DNA of 24,000 nt from Halanaerobiales bacterium (GCA_016278435.1 JADQBU010000416.1:1-24000), one strand, 5' to 3'. Positions 1 to 5,928 are shown, counted from the first letter of the stretch. The notes: a model not told the origin generated them from the letters alone. Numbers and translations are program-made.

Positions 1-272
1 CTATCTATTTCTTTTTTCACTGCTTCTCTAATCGTCTCAGTATTACCATAAAGAGTAGCACTGGCTCCCAGGCACTGTTCTGCCGCTTCACACCACTCAG
101 CACATCCCATATTAAACCTGGGGTTTACCACTTTTCTACCACATTCGGGACAATTCCTCACCAGATCCGTCTTTATAAATTCCACCATATAACCACAGCC
201 GGGGCATTCCTTTTCATTAATATCATCAGGCGTCCAATATCTGCTATCCTGACCGGGACATTTTAATGACAT
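1..272 (-). CDS. Cysteine-rich zinc-ribbon protein, N-terminal part only (gene runs off the left edge); possibly the N-terminus of an HD-type phosphohydrolase
   Basis: Absent from the ORF track because there is no stop in the window. Reverse strand from ATG 272..270 reads MSLKCPGQDSRYWTPDDINEKECPGCGYMVEFIKTDLVRNCPECGRKVVNPRFNMGCAEWCEAAEQCLG... and stays open to position 1. GGAGGTGG SD (complement of 279..286) lies 6 nt upstream. Paired CPxC-type cysteines. Product family is from memory only. Confidence 0.6.
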   Translation of the reverse strand, partial: MSLKCPGQDSRYWTPDDINEKECPGCGYMVEFIKTDLVRNCPECGRKVVNPRFNMGCAEWCEAAEQCLGASATLYGNTETIREAVKKEID

Positions 273-371
273 AAGTTTCCACCTCCAAAATAATTTGGGC
301 AGGAAATTACTCTACTATCATTATGCCACCTATCAGGCTAAAAAACTATGATGAATGTCACAGAGTAATAC

Positions 372-1529
372 TTAAATTGCATGATATTCACTTTCCAGTA
401 CAGTTTCACCAACATTTTTAAGTCCACCAATTATCCTGCTGATAACTTTGTTGGCTCCTTCTATCGATAATCCAGGTAATAATATAAGGTATTGATTTTT
501 ATTCCAGCGAGTTATGATATCTCCCTTGCGTAAGTTGTTCTTCAGGGCATTAGCCATAAATTCCATTTTACTGTTTATATCATCATTACCCTTAAAGGTC
601 AGCGAACAGATTATAGCCGGAATATGATTTCTTTCCCGTTTCCTCTCCTCAAGTTTATATAACATCCTGAAAATATCAGGCTCACAGAAGAAAGCGCCAT
701 CAACTTTCTGCCTGTTTTTTAATTGCTCCTGTATATTTAAGATACCTTCTGAATCTTCAGATGTTTCACCGTGAATTTTTTTATAAAGGTCCTGCATAGC
801 CGGTAGTGGTCTAATTTCCAGTTCCCGGTAAAATAATGTAGATGCATATTCATAGTGAGCCCGGGCCTGGGCAGTTTTGCCTTCCTCCAGTAATGCCTCC
901 AGATAACCAAGGTGAATTTTTTCTTCCAGTGGTTCAATCTGAAAAGCCGTACGGCAAAGTGTTATTATTTCAGAATTTTTGTTAAATTGTTTTAAAAGTT
1001 CAATCTGCTGTAAAATACTTTCTGTATATAACCAGTGGTAATTATTTCTAAAAGATATTACCCAGTTATCATATGGTAACTCCATTAAATAATCACCTTT
1101 ATAAATATTAAAAGCATTCCTGTATATATCAATCGCCTGTTGAGGAGCAGTCTCAATATTATTGTAAGCCTGTTGACAGAGATTTTCAAATTCTTCAACA
1201 TCCAGCCAGAATTTTGAATTTATATTAAACCCATATCCACCCTGACTACTATTTATGTAAGGTATGGTAGATTTGAAATCTTCTGGTATTAGTAATTTTC
1301 TCAAGCGGTAGACCAGATTGGTAAGGGCATGTTTAGGGTCACTGAAGTCCATTTCCGGGAATAAATTCTCCATGATTACCTCGGGGTGAATATTCCTACC
1401 ACGATTTGAGATTAAATATTTAAAAAGAATCCAGGGCTTGTCATTAGTTTTTTCAGCCTCCAGTAATGAGTCTTTATTTCTTTTAATCATAAATTGGCCC
1501 AGTGTGTAAATTTCTAATACATTATCCAA
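372..1529 (-). CDS. SARP/BTAD-family transcriptional activator (OmpR-type winged helix + BTAD/TPR) fused to a C-terminal degenerate GGDEF-like domain
   Basis: 385-aa ORF with TTG start and GGGGGGTGA SD 7 nt upstream. The N-terminus LEIYTLGQFMI...LFKYLISNRGRNIHPEVIMENLFP...LTNLVYRLRKLL matches the SARP wHTH pattern. WLDVEEFENL...AIDIYRNAFNIYKGDYL...EIRPLPAMQDLYKKI matches BTAD. The C-terminus RKGDIITRWNKNQYLILLPGLSIEGANKVISRI aligns to RxxD-x5-GGDEF-AILLP of diguanylate cyclases, with GGDEF replaced by NKNQY. Confidence 0.8.
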   Translation of the reverse strand: MDNVLEIYTLGQFMIKRNKDSLLEAEKTNDKPWILFKYLISNRGRNIHPEVIMENLFPEMDFSDPKHALTNLVYRLRKLLIPEDFKSTIPYINSSQGGYGFNINSKFWLDVEEFENLCQQAYNNIETAPQQAIDIYRNAFNIYKGDYLMELPYDNWVISFRNNYHWLYTESILQQIELLKQFNKNSEIITLCRTAFQIEPLEEKIHLGYLEALLEEGKTAQARAHYEYASTLFYRELEIRPLPAMQDLYKKIHGETSEDSEGILNIQEQLKNRQKVDGAFFCEPDIFRMLYKLEERKRERNHIPAIICSLTFKGNDDINSKMEFMANALKNNLRKGDIITRWNKNQYLILLPGLSIEGANKVISRIIGGLKNVGETVLESEYHAI

Positions 1530-1564
1530 CTGAGTTCACCCCCCAAAAAAGTAAATTTTTGCAT

Positions 1565-1635
1565 AAAAATTAACCCCTTCTTTAGTAGAATTATATCACA
1601 AAGCAAGGACCTGGTCTACTATTTTAAGGGGTTAA
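1565..1635 (-). terminator. Long imperfect hairpin plus T-run downstream of the 166-aa repeat-protein gene
   Basis: TTAACCCCTT (1570..1579) pairs with AAGGGGTTAA (1626..1635). Inner TAGTAGA/TCTACTA arms extend the stem. On the minus strand it is followed by TTTTTAT (complement of 1563..1569). It sits between the stop at 1679 and the regulator start at 1529. Confidence 0.4.
1590..1618 (-). promoter_or_regulatory. Candidate sigma-A promoter for the SARP-like regulator (extended -10)
   Basis: Minus strand reads TAGACC (1618..1613), 17 nt spacer, TGaTATAAT (TG 1598..1597, TATAAT 1595..1590). It lies inside the loop of the hairpin above. The region is AT-rich, so a chance match is possible. Confidence 0.3.
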
Positions 1636-1678
1636 ATCAATTTATATTTTGAATTTTTTTAACATTCTATTGTATATT

Positions 1679-2179
1679 TCAGGAATTATTGTCAGTAAGT
1701 ACATTTTCTGGACTTGAAAAAATATCAATTGAAGTTCTAATACTTACATTGGACTGCAAGATATTGCCATTACCCGAACTCATCTGTACCGTTGTTATAC
1801 CTGTAGCATTGGTAAAAGCATTGCCTCCAATAGTATTATACCTGCTAACATATGTATCATGTGATGAAACATTACTTATAGAAGCCCTGATCTCCTGTGT
1901 TTTTACATCATCGGGAATTACATCAGAACTACTATACCCTTCAAAACTACTGTTAGCCTGCATAATATTACCATTCCCCGCCACCATCTGAACCATGAGT
2001 CCTCCAGTAACATCCTCAAGAGCAGTATCACTGACTTGATTAAACTGGCTTGTATAAGTCTCATAACTTTCAACATTAGATAGCTCAGCTATCATATCCT
2101 GTGGAGCTGCTGCAACTGAAAAAGCCAACGATACAACTACCAGTAGACACATTACAATAATGGAAATTAGTTTTTTCAC
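1679..2179 (-). CDS. Secreted 2-repeat N/Q/G/S-rich protein (repeat-family paralogue A), candidate fibre/amyloid subunit
   Basis: 166 aa with GTG start and AAGGAGGC SD 8 nt upstream. Signal peptide MKKLISIIVMCLLVVVSLAFSVAA|AP. Two ~45-aa repeats: SNVESYETYTSQFNQVSDTALEDVTGGLMVQMVAGNGNIMQANSS (nt 1946..2080) and SNVSSHDTYVSRYNTIGGNAFTNATGITTVQMSSGNGNILQSNVS (nt 1742..1876). Confidence 0.85.
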   Translation of the reverse strand: MKKLISIIVMCLLVVVSLAFSVAAAPQDMIAELSNVESYETYTSQFNQVSDTALEDVTGGLMVQMVAGNGNIMQANSSFEGYSSSDVIPDDVKTQEIRASISNVSSHDTYVSRYNTIGGNAFTNATGITTVQMSSGNGNILQSNVSIRTSIDIFSSPENVLTDNNS

Positions 2180-2270
2180 GGCTAAATGCCTCCTTTTTCT
2201 GCTGGTTTTTTATTTTAAAAAAATTATTATTACTCTAATAATAAAACATGTCCTTTTATTTATCTTCTTC

Positions 2271-2299
2271 ATTATACCATAGGATATGGGAAAAATCTA
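2271..2299 (-). promoter_or_regulatory. Candidate promoter for the 166-aa repeat-protein gene (extended -10)
   Basis: Minus strand reads TAGATT (2299..2294), 17 nt spacer, TGgTATAAT (TG 2279..2278, TATAAT 2276..2271), about 90 nt upstream of the GTG at 2179. Confidence 0.4.
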
Positions 2300-2325
2300 C
2301 ACTTTTTCGAAAATAATTTATAATT

Positions 2326-2365
2326 TGTGATTAATATGTGATTTAATTATGATGTAAACATGAAT
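2326..2365 (+). promoter_or_regulatory. Four heptamer direct repeats at exact 11-bp periodicity (candidate SARP binding array) in the divergent intergenic region
   Basis: TGTGATT (2326..2332), TGTGATT (2337..2343), TATGATG (2348..2354), CATGAAT (2359..2365). A further TGTGATT lies at 2420..2426. The last phased repeat is followed by 8 nt and then TATTTT (2374..2379). Confidence 0.4.
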
Positions 2366-2543
2366 ATTCCCAGTATTTTACTGTTATTTATTGTAATATT
2401 ATCTTATTTCCTCATGCTGTGTGATTGAATTTTATTCAAAATTAAATTAATATGAGATTTTTAGATGATAACCCTGAGATGTTTTCTTGTTACACTTATA
2501 ATAAGTTGAAGAATTAAAGATACCCGGAAGAGGGTGAACATAG

Positions 2544-2777
2544 ATGAATGTCCAGAATGGTATTTGTCCAATAAATGGCCTGCGGTGTAATTCCACCTTT
2601 AATATACGTGTAATATATCGTGATAATACCAGCTGGCAGGGAGAAATACAGTGGCTGGAAGGTAAACAAACCAGATACTTCCGCAGTCTCCTGGAGATGA
2701 TCATGTTGATGAATGAGGCCATGAAAACCACTGACCAACCACAGGCTAACTTTGCTTTTAGAAACTGGGATTCATAA
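2544..2777 (+). CDS. Small cytoplasmic hypothetical protein (77 aa) with an SWQG...FRS motif
   Basis: Best of three overlapping ORFs here: AGAGGGTG SD about 8 nt before the ATG, and same strand as the downstream cluster. The motif FNIRVIYRDNTSWQGEIQWLEGKQTRYFRSLLEMIMLMNEAM resembles small uncharacterised clostridial proteins (from memory). No signal peptide. Confidence 0.5.
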   Translation: MNVQNGICPINGLRCNSTFNIRVIYRDNTSWQGEIQWLEGKQTRYFRSLLEMIMLMNEAMKTTDQPQANFAFRNWDS

Positions 2778-2921
2778 ATCATAAGTATATAAAAATCATA
2801 AAAACTTTCTTTTTAAGGAGGTGAGGGGCCGGTAAGAGATGTCCGATTGGAATTAAAAAGTAATTTTCTCTGTCACTGTATTAAGTTAAAACATCTTTTA
2901 AAAACAAAAGGAGTGTATTAA

Positions 2922-3611
2922 ATGAAAAAATTATTGATTCTGGGTGTAATGGTTATGTTTGTACTGGCTCTGGCTCTGCCAGTAGCAGCCAGATCTGATG
3001 GTGACCTTGATGCCACAATAGGTGCAATGGAAGTAGTTGCTGTTTATAGTAATGAAGAAGCCCTTTTCATTGATAAAACTGACTTAGGGTTCGGAGTTGG
3101 AATTGGAGTTCACGGTGATTATTTGAGCGGTTTCCTGGTAGGTGGAGGATATTATCATGACTTTGACCTCGGTTACTGGGAAGATACATTTGCCCTGTTG
3201 AAAGTTGAGGCAACCGGCCCGGTCAGTAAAGAAGATTACGGAATCAGATTTGATAAAATTGATGACGAAGCCTTCGAAAATGCAACCGGTGTTACAACAG
3301 TTCAGATGTCTGCCGGTAATGGTAACATTCTCCAGTCTGCACAAAATGTTCTAGTCTTGAATGATGTTTGTGATGCAGACCTGCAAGAAGTTAATGCTAA
3401 AATTTATAAAACCGTATCTTTTGACGATTACGACAAGCGTTTTGACAAAATTTCTGGAGAAGCTTTCCAGAATGCAACAGGTATTACCACTGTTCAGATG
3501 TCTTCCGGTAACGGCAATATTCTCCAGGCCGGTCTCAATGTTCAGGTCGAACTCCCGAATTTTGTATCTGATGTCGACGGAATGGGAGATTACACAGTAG
3601 TTACCTATTAA
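2922..3611 (+). CDS. Secreted 2-repeat N/Q/G/S-rich protein (repeat-family paralogue B), candidate major fibre/amyloid subunit
   Basis: 229 aa with AAAGGAG SD. Signal peptide MKKLLILGVMVMFVLALALPVAA|RSD. Gly/aromatic-rich N-terminal region LGFGVGIGVHGDYLSGFLVGGGYYHDFDLGYW. Two repeats: DYGIRFDKIDDEAFENATGVTTVQMSAGNGNILQSAQNV (3234..3350) and DDYDKRFDKISGEAFQNATGITTVQMSSGNGNILQAGLNV (3423..3542). Confidence 0.9.
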   Translation: MKKLLILGVMVMFVLALALPVAARSDGDLDATIGAMEVVAVYSNEEALFIDKTDLGFGVGIGVHGDYLSGFLVGGGYYHDFDLGYWEDTFALLKVEATGPVSKEDYGIRFDKIDDEAFENATGVTTVQMSAGNGNILQSAQNVLVLNDVCDADLQEVNAKIYKTVSFDDYDKRFDKISGEAFQNATGITTVQMSSGNGNILQAGLNVQVELPNFVSDVDGMGDYTVVTY

Positions 3612-3644
3612 TATAAGTATTTTTAAACTCTTGGGTAAAGTGAA

Positions 3645-3670
3645 CAGGCGGGGTTAAACTGCCCCGCCTG
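3645..3670 (+). terminator. GC-rich 9-bp hairpin just after the subunit gene (attenuator or RNA-stabilising stem; no clear U-tract)
   Basis: CAGGCGGGG (3645..3653), 8-nt loop, CCCCGCCTG (3662..3670). Followed by AATCATAAAAAT, which is not a T-run. Confidence 0.3.
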
Positions 3671-3703
3671 AATCATAAAAATACCTGTTGGGAGTGACAT
3701 GAT

Positions 3704-4390
3704 ATGAAGAGTATTAAAGTTGTTTTCCTGTTTATACTAATATTACTAATAACCAGTTATGTTGCCAGTGCAGGGACGGTAACCTTTAAAGTATCTACTA
3801 TGGGGTTACGTATGAATACAGAGATTGAAAGTTATACAGAAATTCAATTTCGAGGAGTAGTAAAACAGAAATTAGATATTAGCTGTGGTTCAGCTGCCCT
3901 GGCTACAATCTTCCAGTATTATTATGGAGACCCGGTAGAAGAAGAAGCTATCATTGAAAGTATGGTCAATGGCAGAACTAAAGAAGAAATTATAGCAGGT
4001 GAAGGTTTTTCATTACTGGAACTTAAAACCGCTGCGGAAAAATGGGGTTATTCAGCTTTTGGTCTCAGCGGTTCCCTTGCTGCCCTGGCCCAGCTCAGTA
4101 TTCCCTCAATAGTCCTTTTGGAAACCGGTGATATTCCACACTTTGTAGTAGTCAGGAAAGTTCTGAAGGACAGCATTCTTGTTGCCGATCCTGCAATGGG
4201 TAATATAACTATTTCAAAATCAGATTTTATTAAGCAGTGGAATGGCATTCTGCTGGCAATAGAAGGCAAACAGCAACCAGTTTCAAATTATCAGAAATAT
4301 ATGCCACTGACTGCTCCGACCAGGCTAGAGGTTAGTAGATTCAACAGAAATAACTGGAGAGTAATACCCTTTATTCCATCAGAATTTTAA
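3704..4390 (+). CDS. Stand-alone, signal-peptide-bearing C39-family cysteine peptidase (FapD-like architecture)
   Basis: 228 aa. Signal peptide MKSIKVVFLFILILLITSYVASA|GT. C39 pattern VVKQKLDISCGSAALATIFQYYYG with Q55 and C61 (TGT 3884..3886). IPHFVVV with H146 (CAC 4139..4141). ILVADP with D162. No fused ABC-transporter domains. Confidence 0.85.
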   Translation: MKSIKVVFLFILILLITSYVASAGTVTFKVSTMGLRMNTEIESYTEIQFRGVVKQKLDISCGSAALATIFQYYYGDPVEEEAIIESMVNGRTKEEIIAGEGFSLLELKTAAEKWGYSAFGLSGSLAALAQLSIPSIVLLETGDIPHFVVVRKVLKDSILVADPAMGNITISKSDFIKQWNGILLAIEGKQQPVSNYQKYMPLTAPTRLEVSRFNRNNWRVIPFIPSEF

Positions 4391-4465
4391 TTTATTTTAA
4401 ACTTCTTAAATTTTAGATTAGAAATTTAAACATTTTATTCAAGTTGAGTAAAAGGAGGAAAAATA

Positions 4466-4855
4466 ATGAAAAATATTTTCAAGTTTTCAACTTTAATTTT
4501 AGTCTCAGTGTTTATGTTTATCCTGGGGGTTTCTGCTCTGGCACTTGATTTGCCGGCTGACTTTACAACACTCTCAAATGATGAACTATCTGAAGTTAGT
4601 GGTCAGGGGCGTTTTTTTATCAGAAATATCGATAATCTCGATTTTGATGCTGATATTGATAGTGCACAATTCACCTATAGTGATATATCCGATGGTGCTT
4701 TTAAGGATGCCTCAGGTTTAATTTCCGTAATTCAGGTTCCCGGAGATCGTAACTGGATTTGTGTCTACCTTGATCTTGATCTAAGTATAATAAATACTTA
4801 TGGTACTACTACAATAAATCTTTCAGACCAGCAATTCGAGTTACCTCCACTTTAA
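4466..4855 (+). CDS. Small secreted protein with one degenerate copy of the cluster repeat
   Basis: 129 aa with AAAGGAGGA SD. Signal peptide MKNIFKFSTLILVSVFMFILGVSALA|LD. QFTYSDISDGAFKDASGLISVIQVPGDRNWICVYLDLDL (4667..4783) aligns to the AFxNATGxTTVQMSSGNGNILQ repeat. Confidence 0.75.
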   Translation: MKNIFKFSTLILVSVFMFILGVSALALDLPADFTTLSNDELSEVSGQGRFFIRNIDNLDFDADIDSAQFTYSDISDGAFKDASGLISVIQVPGDRNWICVYLDLDLSIINTYGTTTINLSDQQFELPPL

Positions 4856-4868
4856 AGTTTTCTAAACT

Positions 4869-4909
4869 GGTAATCCCCCTTTTTACCGGGGGGATTACCT
4901 CTATTTTAA
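4869..4909 (+). terminator. Rho-independent terminator-like hairpin
   Basis: GGTAATCCCCC (4869..4879), 9-nt loop, GGGGGATTACC (4889..4899), then TCTATTTTAAG. Confidence 0.6.
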
Positions 4910-4989
4910 GTAAATATTTAATGATATTTTTTTTGCAGGAATTTTCCATTTTTTTGCGAACTATATATATACCAATATAAGAAAGGGGT

Positions 4990-5865
4990 ATGAAAATGAT
5001 TAAAAAAACTGCAATTATTTTCTGTCTAGCTATTATGTTAATACTGGTACCTCAGATGGCCGGAGCCAAAGTGCCAGTCGAGTTACAGTGGGATGTTACA
5101 TATACCCATAGTTCCAACAACCAGCTTTTATTAAATGGTTATACTGTTTATAATGTTATAACTGTTGGTGAAATTGAAGTTACTAAAGTCAAAAGAGACA
5201 TTATAATGCCTTCCTTAATTGTTAGATGCGGCTCTCCGGAGAAAAATATTGAATTTATTATTCCTTACAGTTACCGGCGGGATTATGTTTTAGATCGTGA
5301 TAACATTAATGGAGATGAATATGAAGAATCCACTGTTGATGGTATGGGACTGGGAGATATCAGGATCAATTTGAATGCAGCAGCACCTATAAAAAATACC
5401 ACTGTAACCCTGGGAGTTAAAACTACAACAGGAGTCAGTGATGTAGGTGATGATGAAATTCCACTGGGAAGCGGTCACCTGGGAATCAGAGCTGGAGTGT
5501 CCCATATGATGCCTCTGGACCCGGTAGTGTTATTTGGAAGTGCTAATTACTACTGGAATCTGGAAAATGATGCTGTTGACCCCGGAGATACTATTCAGTA
5601 TTCATTAGGAATGGCCTATGCCCTTAACCCCAGATTTTCCATTAATGCCAGGCTAGAACAAGCCGTTACCACACAAACTAGAGAGGATGGTGTAAGACAG
5701 CCTGAAACAGGTGTAAATTCCGCTATGTTCTATGTGGGCGGTAGCTTTGCTGATGGGGGAAGCACTTCATCTTATGACCTGTCAGTGGGGATTGGTATGA
5801 CAGAAGATGCTCCTGATATGTCAATCCAGTTCAGCCGTCCCATCGAAATTAAAAGACAGAATTAA
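4990..5865 (+). CDS. Outer-membrane beta-barrel protein, 'MetA-pathway/transporter'-like (PF13557-like) family
   Basis: 291 aa. Signal peptide MKMIKKTAIIFCLAIMLILVPQMAGA|KV. Alternating-hydrophobic strands. Motifs GMGLGDIRINL, LGVKTTTGVSD and IPLGSGHLGIRAG are typical of this barrel family (from memory). The start may be the second ATG (4996), which has better SD spacing. The C-terminus ...IQFSRPIEIKRQN lacks a terminal aromatic residue. Confidence 0.7.
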   Translation: MKMIKKTAIIFCLAIMLILVPQMAGAKVPVELQWDVTYTHSSNNQLLLNGYTVYNVITVGEIEVTKVKRDIIMPSLIVRCGSPEKNIEFIIPYSYRRDYVLDRDNINGDEYEESTVDGMGLGDIRINLNAAAPIKNTTVTLGVKTTTGVSDVGDDEIPLGSGHLGIRAGVSHMMPLDPVVLFGSANYYWNLENDAVDPGDTIQYSLGMAYALNPRFSINARLEQAVTTQTREDGVRQPETGVNSAMFYVGGSFADGGSTSSYDLSVGIGMTEDAPDMSIQFSRPIEIKRQN

Positions 5866-5888
5866 ATAATATAACAATTTATAGAATA

Positions 5889-5925
5889 GGTGCTGCCTTA
5901 AGTTTGGGGCAGCACCGTTTATTTT
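5889..5925 (+). terminator. Rho-independent terminator of the plus-strand cluster
   Basis: GGTGCTGCC (5889..5897) pairs with GGCAGCACC (5908..5916), followed by GTTTATTTT. Confidence 0.7.
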
Positions 5926-5928
5926 AAT

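Noticed and set aside
2775-2802. AATCATA x2 (2777..2783 and 2794..2800), the reverse complement of the TATGATT-like heptad, considered as additional regulator sites upstream of the 229-aa gene.
   Set aside because: The 17-nt spacing is not in the 11-bp phase, there are only two copies, and the orientation is inverted. This is compatible with chance in this composition.
2839-2856. Tiny ORF MSDWN* downstream of a strong AAGGAGGTGA motif (2814..2823), considered as a leader peptide for the subunit gene.
   Set aside because: The spacing from the SD core to the ATG is about 18 nt, which is too long. A 5-codon ORF in AT-rich DNA is expected by chance, and there is no attenuator structure linked to it.
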